Origin: Bryobacterales bacterium | Lineage (GTDB): Bacteria > Acidobacteriota > Terriglobia > Bryobacterales > UBA6623 | Assembly: GCA_965226435.1 (NCBI GenBank) | Contig: CBDDCY010000012.1 | Location: forward strand, 553,138-617,137 | Direction: 5' to 3' | Length of the DNA: 64,000 nt | Shown here: in pieces, positions 48,755-58,622 of the stretch | How positions within the stretch are numbered: position 1 is the first letter of the stretch | Layout: every line of letters starts with the position of its first letter | Program-made: the position numbers and the translations under genes | The notes under the pieces: model-generated | The model's input: only the letters and a program-made list of their open reading frames with translations | Told to the model about the DNA's origin: nothing | The model's database searches: none

Positions 48755-48846
48755 AAAGTTAATTCACCAGTGTGGCCGGGGCGAGGGCGGACGTCAAGGA
48801 CAAGGCCGTGTCATCGTAAACCGTGAGCCGTAAGCCGCGAACCGAT

Positions 48847-48954
48847 GGGCCGTGAAAAAATGGGGACTGTCCCAAGCGCCGACCGAATAAGTTCCATCGA
48901 ACGAATAGCCGCCTCCGGCGCGAAGCGGACTGTCCCCCAATTTTTCACGGCCCC
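48847..48954 (+). repeat. MITE-like palindromic repeat, copy 3
   Basis: gggccgtgaaaaaatggggactgtccc...ggactgtcccccaatttttcacggcccc, flanked by GAT on both sides. Confidence 0.85.
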
Positions 48955-49070
48955 GATCCCGCGCGGCACCGCATCTCGGCGGCTTGGCGCTTCTTGCTTT
49001 CTTTTGATGAAGTCCACACGCGAAGCGTTCACGCCCCACGGTTCACGGCTCACGGCTCACGCCCCACGCC

Positions 49071-49832
49071 TCACGCCGCGGGCATACCGATCATCTCGGG
49101 GAGCACCTTACCGATTTCGTCATTGACGACCAAGTCGGCGACCTCGTCAAGGGGTGTCTCGGTGCGATTGATGATGATCAACTTCGCTCCCGCCCGTTTG
49201 GCGACCAGCGGCAGCCCGGCGGCCGGATGCACGACCAACGAAGAGCCTACCGCCAGGAACACTTCGCAAGAGCGTGCCGCGGTCTCGGCCTCGCGCATAA
49301 CCTCTTGCGGCATGGCCTGCCCGAACGAAACTGTCGCGGCCTTCAGGATTCCGCCGCAAAGTCGGCATTTCGGCGCCTGCTCGCCCGCCTTGATGCGATC
49401 CACGGCCTCGTCCATCGGAACGCGGTGGGAGCAAGAAAGGCAAGCGGCCTCCACGGTCGTTCCGTGTAATTCGAGAACCTGTGACGGCTTCAGGCCCGAG
49501 CGCTGATGCAGGCCGTCGATATTTTGCGTGATCATTGCCGTCAGTTTCCCCGAGCGAGCCAGTTCCACGAACGCCAGGTGGCCTGGATTCGGCTTGGCAT
49601 CACGCATCTCCGGCCAGCTTTCCACCTTTTGACGCCAAGCTTCAACCCGAGCCGATTCATCTCGAACAAACTCGTCGAAATAAATCATGCGATTGCGCGC
49701 CCACACGCCGTTGGGGCTTCGAAAGTCGGGAATGCCTGATTCAGTGGATATGCCCGCGCCGGTGAAACCGACCACGCGCCGCGCCGCCTTGATCCAGCCA
49801 CGCGCCTGTTCGATGCCCATGAGTGGGACCAT
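49071..49832 (-). CDS. cobB: NAD-dependent protein deacylase (Sir2 family)
   Basis: GAGISTESGIPDFRS, TQNIDGLH, the zinc ribbon CLSC...CRLCGG, and the VVHPAA region. Confidence 0.85.
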   Translation of the reverse strand: MVPLMGIEQARGWIKAARRVVGFTGAGISTESGIPDFRSPNGVWARNRMIYFDEFVRDESARVEAWRQKVESWPEMRDAKPNPGHLAFVELARSGKLTAMITQNIDGLHQRSGLKPSQVLELHGTTVEAACLSCSHRVPMDEAVDRIKAGEQAPKCRLCGGILKAATVSFGQAMPQEVMREAETAARSCEVFLAVGSSLVVHPAAGLPLVAKRAGAKLIIINRTETPLDEVADLVVNDEIGKVLPEMIGMPAA

Positions 49833-50101
49833 CGTATCAGACAGCAGGATTCAGCTGGAACAGGTCAAGGGAACTAGGCCAAAGAATCGAAACGGCAGCC
49901 TGCCGGAAACGGCGGGCCGGCCCGCTTTTTTCATCGCGTGGCGAGGCAAAGTGCATGAGAGGCTCGTCGGTACAAGGCGCGTGCCGCTTGGCGCGCGGAG
50001 GTGTACGTGAACAGTACAGTGAGCACGGCGAGCAAACGCAACGAAGTAATGGCGGGGCTATCGTGTGCTTTGCCCGTCAGGCGATGAGAAATGCGGGCCT
50101 A

Positions 50102-51194
50102 CTGAGTCTCGCATAATATACTGTCAATCGAGACAAAGAGAAGACTGTTTCCAGAAAGCGGTAATCAAGCGCGGTTTGCGGCGCATTCGCCGCAGCGCTT
50201 TGCGGGCGCGCTCGTCGAGTTCCCAGTAGTCCTTCGGGCAGACGTTGGGCAACTCGTGCTGCTTCCAGTACGCCCAAATGTATTCCACCGGGTTCAACTC
50301 CGGCGCATAGGGCGGCAAGTACTCCGTTGCGATGTGATCCTCGGAGAGCTGGATGAACTCCCGCACCAGGCGGCTGCGGTGCGCCGGCAGCCGGTCCCAG
50401 ACGATCAGCAGTGGGCCGTCGATGTGGCGCAGCAAAGCCTTCAGGAAGTCGATGACCTCCAACTCGCCGATCGCGCCGGGATAGAGCCGGAAGTAAAAGT
50501 TGCGCAACGTCAGCCCGGCCGACACCGACAGCTTGTCCCAGTTGAAGTTGAACTCCAACACCGGTGTCTCGCCGCGCGGCGCCCAGGTGCGGCAACGATG
50601 CGGCTTCTGACTCAATCCGCTTTCGTCGATGAAGACGATCGTACGTTCTTCTTTGCGGGCTTTTTTTTAATGGCCGGCCAAGTCTTGCGCTGCCAGCCGC
50701 GGATGGCCTCTTCGTTGCGCTCCCGCGCTTTGCCGACGGGCCGTTGCGGGCTCCAACCGAGCGCCCGCGGGATCTTCCAGACATGGCCCTCGTGATAGCG
50801 CACGCCGAACTCGTCTCCGATCAGACGAGCGACCCGCGGACAGCTCCACAGCGGCGTCGGGAAGCCGTGCGCCTCGGGGCCTTCCAGCAGCAACGCCTCG
50901 AGGCGTTCGAGCTGCGCGGCGTCCAACAGCGGCTTACGGCCGGCGCGGCCGGCCTGGCGCAACCCGGCTTCGCCGTCACGCCGGTATCGTCGCAGCCACT
51001 CGCTGACGCTTTGCCGCGCGACCTTCAATCGCCTCGCTGTCTCGGACTGACTACAGCCTTGCTCGACCAACCGGATCGCTTTGAAACGGCGCTTCTCCAG
51101 GGCCTCGAAATCCCGCCGTACGCCTTTTGTATTTCCCATACATACAAAGACGTACGTACCCCAAAAAGGTGTCACTTTATTTTGCGAGACTCAA
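50102..51194 (-). mobile_element. IS630-family insertion sequence (1093 bp) with TA target duplication
   Basis: IR cores ctgagtctcgca (50102-) and tgcgagactcaa (-51194). TA is present at 50100-50101 and 51195-51196. Confidence 0.85.
50124..51175 (-). CDS. IS630-family transposase, two ORFs joined by a -1 frameshift at A_AAA_AAG
   Basis: ORF A (51175-50612) carries the HTH region. ORF B (50615-50124) carries the DDE region. A slip on the minus-strand A8-G run (plus-strand T8 at 50661-50668) yields ...WPAIKKKARKEERTIVFIDESGLSQKPHRCRTWAPRGETPV, which is the IS630 consensus junction. Confidence 0.8.
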
Positions 51195-51335
51195 TAGATG
51201 TCGCGGGCATCCAATCCATGGAGAATAGCCCGATTTATCTTGATCTATTGGTGGGGACTCGGAAGGTGGGTCCAGGCGGGAGCCGTTGCTCGGAACCGGG
51301 ACGTCAATGTCGGCGCTTGTCCCGGTCGTGGCTTG

Positions 51336-51893
51336 CTAAGGACGACGAATGCTTCCGAGCGCGGCTCGGGCGGCCTGGGCCGCGTCGCTGTCGTCGCCGC
51401 GGATGATTTTGGCTAAGGCATCGAGGGCCTCGGGGTCTTTGCGGCGACCGACGGAATTGATCACGCCGATCAATAGATTCCCCTTTAGCTTTCCGAGCGC
51501 TTGGCGCAGGGCCCGGTCGACGGCGGGGGCGGGGATCGGCTCGAGAGCGAAGCGGGCGTAGTGCGCCAACTTCGGATCGCCGAGCAGCGCCGCCAATGCC
51601 GGCACGGCGGCGGCATTCCCCACGATTGCCAGGCGTTGGCAAGCTTTGGCCTTGGCGAACTCCGAGGCTTGCGGGTCTCCGAGTAAGGCAAGCAGTTTGG
51701 CCTGAGGCGAGGCGGTGATCTCGGCGGCTTTGTGGGGCGTGGCGGCTCTTGCCTTGGCTTCCTTTGCGAAAAGCGCTTCCCTTGCCTGGCGCCGGCGGGC
51801 GGCGGCGGCTGGATCAGGTTGTGCCTGTGCCGGAGCGAGCGCCGGTGCGATCAACAGGGGAATGATGAATACGAGCTGATGACGTCGGGACAT
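51336..51893 (-). CDS. Secreted HEAT-repeat protein
   Basis: Signal peptide MSRRHQLVFIIPLLIAPALAPAQA. HEAT-like repeats (AVPALAALLGDPKLAHYARFALE, ALDALAKIIRGDDSDAAQAARAAL). Confidence 0.55.
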   Translation of the reverse strand: MSRRHQLVFIIPLLIAPALAPAQAQPDPAAAARRRQAREALFAKEAKARAATPHKAAEITASPQAKLLALLGDPQASEFAKAKACQRLAIVGNAAAVPALAALLGDPKLAHYARFALEPIPAPAVDRALRQALGKLKGNLLIGVINSVGRRKDPEALDALAKIIRGDDSDAAQAARAALGSIRRP

Positions 51894-51998
51894 TTCTCTG
51901 CTCCGTGGATGGGCGGCCCATGTCCGCCGCCCTTGCGGGGTTCCATTGTATTGGATCGTTACCTTTTTCACTATTACTCACGTTGGCGGCTTGGTTTC

Positions 51999-53306
51999 TT
52001 ACGTCAGGCGCCAGGGTTCCCGCATGGCTCTTGAGCACATGCGGTTGGCTTCGTCGTCACCGACAAACCGATCGGTGGACGGATCGAATTTCAGCTTCCT
52101 TCCCAGCTGAAAAGCGATGTAGGCGGCGTGGCAGCCGATGTGTGTCTGCGCCGCGGCCAATGCGTTGGCGCGGGGTTGTTTCCGTGATTTCACCGAATCG
52201 AGGAAGTTGCGCACGTGGTAGGTCGTGGCCTGCCTTGAGTCGCTGAACCGCCGCCGATACTCGCTCAGGTTGTCCGACGTCTGGACGATTCCGCGGTCAC
52301 CGGTTTGCACCCAGCCGTCGGCGCCTTCCAGGCGAATCGCGCAGGGCCCCAAACCGTCGAAACCCTTGTCGCGCATGACCAGCTTGAGCCCGTTGGCATA
52401 GCGGCACAAGATCGAATACGGCGTATCCACATCGACGCCGCGCGGATCGAATTCGATGGGCGTCGTTTCATCGGCGTCGGCGACCCACTGACATAGGTCA
52501 ACCGTGTGTGAACCCCATTCGAGAATCCCGCCGCCGTGGAAATCGAAGTAACCGCGCCAACGGCCTTGCACATAGAGCGAGTTGTAAGGCCGCCAGGGGC
52601 AGGGTCCCAACCAGCGGTCCCAGTCGACGACTTGCTTGGGCGGCAAGGGCTCGGCGGGCAACCAGTCGTGGGAAGTCTTGGGAGGCCAGCGGTCGCCCGG
52701 ACCCACGTTGGCGTGCAGGGTATGCAGCTTGCCGAGCTTGCCGGTCTTGGCGAGATCGATGATGTATTGGAAATTGGACCCGCTGCGCCGTTGCGTGCCG
52801 GCTTGATAGATGCGGCCCAGCCGCTGATAAGAGTCGGCCAACGCGCGGCTCTGGCGAACGGTCATCGAGCAGGGCTTTTCGCAATAGACGTCCTTGCCCG
52901 ATCGCGCGGTCATGATCGAAAGCAAGGTGTGCCAACGGTCGCCGGTGGCGATCAAGACGGCATCGATGTCGTCGCGGGCCCACAGATCGTTCATGTCGCT
53001 ATACATCACGCAGTCTTTGTTGCCGTGGTGTTTATCGGCTCTTGATTTGACGGCCTCGCGACGCTCGTTGCGGACGTCGCAAATAGCCCTGAACTGGACG
53101 CTTTTTTGAGCGAGAAACGACTCGAGATCGCGCGCCCCGCGGCTGCCGATGCCGAGTCCGGCGACCGAGACGCGGTCGCTGGGCGGGGTTGCTCCGCCGA
53201 GTCCCAGGGCCGAACCGGGGACGATGTGGGGCACCGCGACGGCGGTGCCGGCTTGTAGCGTGCTCTTCAGCAGGCGGCGTCTGGAAAAAGTGTTCTTGTA
53301 TGCCAT
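51999..53306 (-). CDS. Gfo/Idh/MocA-family oxidoreductase with a Tat signal
   Basis: MAYKNTFSRRRLLKSTLQAGTAVAV twin-arginine signal. Rossmann VSVAGLGIGSRG. EKP motif (VYCEKP). Confidence 0.8.
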   Translation of the reverse strand: MAYKNTFSRRRLLKSTLQAGTAVAVPHIVPGSALGLGGATPPSDRVSVAGLGIGSRGARDLESFLAQKSVQFRAICDVRNERREAVKSRADKHHGNKDCVMYSDMNDLWARDDIDAVLIATGDRWHTLLSIMTARSGKDVYCEKPCSMTVRQSRALADSYQRLGRIYQAGTQRRSGSNFQYIIDLAKTGKLGKLHTLHANVGPGDRWPPKTSHDWLPAEPLPPKQVVDWDRWLGPCPWRPYNSLYVQGRWRGYFDFHGGGILEWGSHTVDLCQWVADADETTPIEFDPRGVDVDTPYSILCRYANGLKLVMRDKGFDGLGPCAIRLEGADGWVQTGDRGIVQTSDNLSEYRRRFSDSRQATTYHVRNFLDSVKSRKQPRANALAAAQTHIGCHAAYIAFQLGRKLKFDPSTDRFVGDDEANRMCSRAMREPWRLT

Positions 53307-53399
53307 GGTGTTCTCGGCGCTTGGCCTTGCGCTTGGTCGGTCGCTTGCAACTGGCCCGTCGCTTGCGCTCTGGGCTCTGTTTCGGGTTGTGACGCTGGG

Positions 53400-53876
53400 T
53401 TAGTAGAAGGCGATCCAGCGGCCTGAGAATCCTACTCCGAACCACAGGCCCAGTGAAATAAGCGCGACTAGTTTACCCCAAATCGGTCCAACGCGAAGCG
53501 CATCCGCCGCGGCGGCTTTGCGGCGAACCGTAAAAGTGAACAAGATCGCGGTGGCGAGAAAGCTCATCTTGTACCAAAACGGCGGGCTGTAGTAGCACTT
53601 GATCGACTCGGAGGCGAATAGCAGCACGCCGGTCAGCAGCATCGTCGTTAAACTTCCAATCAGCCAGGGCTGGGCTTGGCGCGCGATTTGGATTGTTGAC
53701 TGACGCCGCAACCCGAGATTCAACATCCGCAAGTCCAATACCAGGACTGCCCCGCCCAGCAGCCCGAGAGCCAGCAAATGGACCGACTCGATGACGGGAA
53801 ACAACCACAGCGAATCACGAATCGCCAGACCCAGCGCCGTCGTTTCGCACCACTCGAAGAAAGGCAACCAAGACAT
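53400..53876 (-). CDS. Hypothetical 4-5 TM membrane protein (paralog A)
   Basis: Begins MSWLPFFEWCETTALGLAIRDSLWLFPVIESVHLLALGLLGG. Paralogous to the upstream gene. Confidence 0.5.
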   Translation of the reverse strand: MSWLPFFEWCETTALGLAIRDSLWLFPVIESVHLLALGLLGGAVLVLDLRMLNLGLRRQSTIQIARQAQPWLIGSLTTMLLTGVLLFASESIKCYYSPPFWYKMSFLATAILFTFTVRRKAAAADALRVGPIWGKLVALISLGLWFGVGFSGRWIAFY

Positions 53877-53887
53877 TTGGCAATCCG

Positions 53888-54385
53888 CTAGTCGAACCAG
53901 TTATACGCTTGCATTCTTCCGCACACGACGACGCCCGCCCACAGCACGAGAGAGAAAAACCCCGCCACCCGTGCCCGCCGCGGGGTGGGCGTTTCATAAT
54001 CCCACTCGGCCACTCCGCGGTAGATCGTCTTGTGAAACACCAGGGCGTTCACGCCGGCCAACACGAGCATGCCCATCTTGACTTGGAAGAAGATGTTCCC
54101 CGCCGCTCGAACGGGACCGGAATAAAACAGCAACCCGCCGCTGATCACCATGATCACAAAGCCCGCCAGAGCCCAAGGCAACAGACGATCGCCGATCTCG
54201 GAGACGGGAACACGCGGGAAAGCCCATCCCACCAAACGCAGGTCCCAGAGCGCAATCATCCCCAGGAATAGACAGAGAGTGAGAACGTGGGTGGTTTCGA
54301 CATACGGGTAGAGGAGGATCGACTCGCGAATCCCGATGCTGCCGGGGGTGTTTTCGAGCCATTCGAGGAAAGAAACTATGGACAT
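53888..54385 (-). CDS. Hypothetical 4-5 TM membrane protein (paralog B)
   Basis: Begins MSIVSFLEWLENTPGSIGIRESILLYPYVETTHVLTLCLFLG. The start is taken at 54385 rather than the ORF-track 54508. Confidence 0.5.
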   Translation of the reverse strand: MSIVSFLEWLENTPGSIGIRESILLYPYVETTHVLTLCLFLGMIALWDLRLVGWAFPRVPVSEIGDRLLPWALAGFVIMVISGGLLFYSGPVRAAGNIFFQVKMGMLVLAGVNALVFHKTIYRGVAEWDYETPTPRRARVAGFFSLVLWAGVVVCGRMQAYNWFD

Positions 54386-54588
54386 GGATGCGGAACTTGA
54401 GAAGCTCGCAAGAGCAAGCTTCCAAAAACTGTAGCAAATCGGCCCTTGACCGTGGGCGGAGAGACGGTTGTCTACTGACCGAAAACCTGGCGATGCCGGG
54501 TTTGTCAAATCAGCGAGAAAGCGGTTCGGCGGCGCCCCTTGTCAAGACAGATATATCAGCGTTGGTGGGTGCGCTGATGAGGGTGAGT

Positions 54589-55203
54589 CTATTGCGGCGC
54601 CTGCGCGATGCCTTCGCGCACTCCGTCGAAGCTGTAGTCAACGCCTAACCAGGAGTTGTCCCAGGGGTGATCGAGCGGCGCCGCGTCCGGCCCCGGGCCA
54701 ACCCTGTCCGCGGGGGTTCCGATCATGGATCGAACACCCTCGACGTCGAGCGTGGGATCCGCTTGGAGGATCCGGGCGGCAATACCCGCCACCAGCGGAG
54801 CCGCGAAGGTGGTTCCGCGGGCCTCCATCCAGCCCAGCGGCGCCGGGATCTTCCTCAGGTACATCCCGCTAATTTCGTCCTGCTGGGGCGGGTCGGTTGA
54901 CGGAGATGTCGTGGAGAGCGTTCCATAGAAGAGCCCGGTGCAGAAACCGATGGCATCCGAGCGCTCGGCCCCCGGCGCGGAAATGGTGACACCTGGCCCG
55001 TCGGTTGTGAAGGAGGCGGCGGTGTCCGCCAGCACCTGAGTGTCACCCGGAGCGGCAGCTGAGGGGCAAACGCCCAGACCGTCGGAGGCCACCGTGGCCG
55101 CGACGGGGAGTGTCTCGGGCCAGGCCGCCGGCATCAGATCCGAAACTTCCAGCGACGGGGTATTTCCCGCGGAAACCACCACGACAATGCCTAGGTTGTA
55201 CAG
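54589..55203 (-). pseudogene. S8 subtilisin-like protease, C-terminal fragment (separated by the IS256 insertion)
   Basis: LYNLGIVVVVSAGN (oxyanion Asn region) and the GTTFAAPLVAGIAA Ser-motif region. It is contiguous with 56619-58448 once the IS and one TSD copy are removed. Confidence 0.85.
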
Positions 55204-56618
55204 GAGCTATAACCATAAGTTGTGGATGAGCCTCTGAGGGGAGGCGGCGTATCCTGACGATTGAGGAAGCAACTCAATCGTTTTCTGGAAAGGAACAAGG
55301 AGGATACGCCATGAGTCAGTGTGAAGCTGCTGAGAGCAGCAGTCAAGTCAACCCCCAAGTCATTGATGGAAAGGAACGCTCGCCCTTGGATGAGGTGCTG
55401 CGCCAAGGAGCGCGCCAGATGCTCGTCAAGGCCGTGGAAGCCGAAGTGACCGCCTACATCGAAACGCATCAGCACGAAGTCGACCAGGACGGCCGGCGGC
55501 TGGTGGTGCGCAACGGTCACGCCCGCGAGCGCACCATCGTCAGCGGCGTGGGGCAGCTGAAGATCCAGGCGCCGCGGGTCGACGATCGCCGAGTCGATGA
55601 GCAGGGCCGGCGCTTTCGTTTCACTTCCCAGATCCTGCCGCCGTATCTGCGGCGCACGAAGAGTGTGGAGGAGTTGATCCCCTGGTTGTACCTGAAAGGG
55701 ATCTCGACGGGCGATTTCAGCGAAGCGCTGGAGGCCTTGCTGGGGCCCGACGCTCCGGGCCTGTCGGCGACGACGGTGGTGCGTCTCAAAGACGTCTGGC
55801 GCCGCGAGTACGAGGCTTGGTCAAAGCGTGACCTCAGCGGCCAGCGGTTTGTTTACATTTGGGCCGATGGCATCTACTCGAATGTTCGTCTGGACGATGA
55901 ACGGCAGTGTTTGCTGGTTGTGATGGGAGCACTCGAAGACGGTCGCAAGCAACTGCTGGCGGTGCACGACGGCTTTCGCGAAAGCGAACTGTCGTGGCAG
56001 GAGTTGCTGGAGGACTTGAAACGGCAGGGGCTCGAGCTGCCGCCGAAGTTGGCGGTGGGCGACGGAGCGATGGGGTTTTGGGCGGCACTGCGGAAAGTCT
56101 ATCCGGCGACCGGTGAGCAACGCTGCTGGCTCCACAAGACGGCCAACGTGCTCAATAAGCTGCCGCAGAGCATGCAGGGCAAAGCCAAGCAGGCGCTGCG
56201 CGACATCTATCTTGCCGAGAGTCGGCAGACGGCGGAGGCCGCTCTGGACCGTTTCAAGAACCTATACGAGAAGAAGTTTCCCAAAGCGGTCGAGTGCCTG
56301 GAAAAAGACCGCCAAGTGCTGCTGGCTTTCTACGACTTTCCGGCCGAGCACTGGGGGCACTTGCGGACGACGAACCCGATCGAGTCCACCTTTGCGACGG
56401 TCCGTTTGCGGCAGCGACGAACGAAGGGTTGTGGCAGCCGCGAAGCGTCGTTAACGATGGTCTTCATGCTGGCCCGCCAAGCCGAGCGCCACTGGCGACG
56501 CCTGAACGGTTCGGAAGTGATTGTTCATGTCTTAGAGGGAAAGGTTTTCTAAGGATGGATTGATGGTTCAGGAAAACGCCGCCTGACCTCGCCCATCCAC
56601 AACATTTGACAATATCTC
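55204..56618 (+). mobile_element. IS256-family insertion sequence (1415 bp) with a 9-bp target site duplication
   Basis: IRs gagctataaccataagttgtggatgagc and gcccatccacaacatttgacaatatctc. Direct repeat gttgtacag at 55195-55203 and 56619-56627. Confidence 0.9.
55311..56552 (+). CDS. IS256-family (mutator-type) transposase
   Basis: 413 aa. Family motifs LDEVLRQGARQMLVKAVEAEV, YIWADGIY, AVGDGAMGFW, RCWLHKTANVL and TTNPIESTF. Confidence 0.9.
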   Translation: MSQCEAAESSSQVNPQVIDGKERSPLDEVLRQGARQMLVKAVEAEVTAYIETHQHEVDQDGRRLVVRNGHARERTIVSGVGQLKIQAPRVDDRRVDEQGRRFRFTSQILPPYLRRTKSVEELIPWLYLKGISTGDFSEALEALLGPDAPGLSATTVVRLKDVWRREYEAWSKRDLSGQRFVYIWADGIYSNVRLDDERQCLLVVMGALEDGRKQLLAVHDGFRESELSWQELLEDLKRQGLELPPKLAVGDGAMGFWAALRKVYPATGEQRCWLHKTANVLNKLPQSMQGKAKQALRDIYLAESRQTAEAALDRFKNLYEKKFPKAVECLEKDRQVLLAFYDFPAEHWGHLRTTNPIESTFATVRLRQRRTKGCGSREASLTMVFMLARQAERHWRRLNGSEVIVHVLEGKVF

Positions 56619-58448
56619 GTTGTACAGATCGATGATGCGGTCGTGGAACATCTGATCGATCACAGGGTCCTCGAAGGGGCCTCCGAGGCTCATATTGACG
56701 ACCCGGATGGGAGGATCCATCGCGAGCGCCTTGGCGACCAGCCACTCCAGACCCTTGATGACGTCGGTGGTGGCGATCGCGCCGTTGTCAGCTGCGTCGA
56801 CCTTGACGGCATAAAGGGTCGCGTGAGAAGCGACGCCAAGAACGCCGTAGTTGTTGTCCAGGGCGGCGATACGCCCGGCGACGTGGGTTCCGTGCCCCCA
56901 TACGTCGTTCGCCGACGCTCCCTCGACAGAGCCGTTATAGGACGTTCCGTTGTTGTAGACGCCGGGCGCCGTTTGGAACGCGGGCACGTCCGGCGCCGGA
57001 TTGAGGTCTTCGTGGGCGAAGTAAATTCCTGTATCCAGAACGGCAACGGCGATCCCCAGGCCGTTCGATGTGGCCGTCGGAATCCCGACTCGAATGACGC
57101 CGTCGGCGGGTTGTTGCCTGGTACCGCGTTCATTGGGTGGAGGCGGCAGAGGGGGGCCGGGCGGGGGAGCGGTCGTCACATCGCCGACGTTCGAGAAAAT
57201 AGAGCTTCCGTCGACGTTGGTGGCTTTCACGCGATAACTGTAGGCCGTGGAAGCGCTCAGACCGGTATTCGAATAGAGCACGGTGTCCGCGGCGAGAGTG
57301 ACGATCGGGCTAAACGAATCGCATCCGCCCCCGGTGCAGCGCTCGAGTTCGAAGTTGTCTTCGTTGTCCGCATTGTCGACCCACCCGACGCTTACCGAAG
57401 TATCGGAAGTGGAGCCGGCGGCAAGGCCGGTGGGCGCGGCGGGCGGCAGACTGCTTCCGATGACGACCACTTCGATGTTGGACCAATCAGACGCCGGCCC
57501 GGCGGCGGCATTGGTCGCGCGGACGCGATAACCGTGGCTGCCCGCGCCCGGGTCGGCGTCGTTGTAGACGGTCACGTCCGGGTCCGTCACGAAAATCTGA
57601 CCGAAATTGCCGCAGTTGACTCCAGTGCAGCGCGCAATCTCGAAGCCGCCTTCCTGACCGGGACCGCTGGAGTTGTCCGCCCACGTCAGATCGACATCAG
57701 GGTCGTTCAAGAGGGCGGACAGGTTCGTCGGGGCCGCCGGTGGCGGGTCCCCCACTTCGACCGTGTCGATGTTGGACCACTGCGATGACGCACCATTCCC
57801 GCTATTCGTGGCACGGACACGATAACTGTGGTTGCCGTCACCCGGGGCTACGTCGAGGTAGTCTGTCGCATCCTGCAGCGTTGTGGAAAGCCACGCGAAA
57901 TCGCCGCAGCCGACACCCGTACAGCGCTGAATTTCGAAGCCGCCTTCCTGTGCGTTGCCGCCAGCGTTGTCTTCCCAACTCAGATTGACGTCCGAGACGC
58001 TGAGAGCGGCCATCAGATTTGTCGGTGCGTCCGGTTTCCTTGCAAACAGGTAGAGTACGCCCTCGGGACTGACGGTGGCGACCGAGCGGTTATTGCGCAA
58101 AGCGTTCAGCGCACCCTCACTGGGAACGATGACTGTGGCGGCGTTGGCGAGGTTGAAATTGTGCCGCACGAATGCGCCGGCTTGCGCCGCGATCTCCGCT
58201 CTTTGGGAATGGCCGGTTCCGGGGGAAAAGGTGATCAGGAAGCGGTTGCTGAAGGGGTTCCCGCCGTTGGCGCCGGGCTCGGGGCTCACGGCGGGCTGCT
58301 GGTCCGACGGCACAATGTCCTGTGCAACGGCCGATGGATGCGCAAGGAGCATTGCGCCGATAGCGAAAACGAAGTTGACGAAACCCGCGTGAGTCCGGAT
58401 CTTGAGAGCACGCTTCCAGGTGGGGGGCGACCCATGTTTTGTTAGCAT
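56619..58448 (-). pseudogene. S8 subtilisin-like protease, N-terminal fragment: signal, I9-like propeptide, 3 FN3-like repeats, Asp/His catalytic region
   Basis: Signal peptide. Three ~95-aa repeats each carry a C-T-G-x-x-C pair. VAVLDTGI (Asp) and HGTHVAGRIAA (His). The reading frame runs into the IS at 56618. Confidence 0.85.
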
Positions 58449-58622
58449 CGGTCTGAATCCTTATACACTATATACACTATCGTCCTTAACAACCTGTACA
58501 CCCTTCGGTAACGAAGTCAATAACACCAGAGATGTGTTTTTCAATAGGACTATGGTACTAGGGCTAAGGTTCGGGCGGCGTCGGAGAAATCAGGGATGCA
58601 TCCAGAGCCGCCTCAGCGGCTG

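Noticed and set aside
51195-51335. Possible truncation of the HEAT-repeat gene by the IS630 insertion.
   Set aside because: The gene has its own stop at 51336, 140 bp from the IS end. Translating beyond the stop gives no HEAT-like or other recognisable continuation, and joining the flanks across the TA site creates no ORF.
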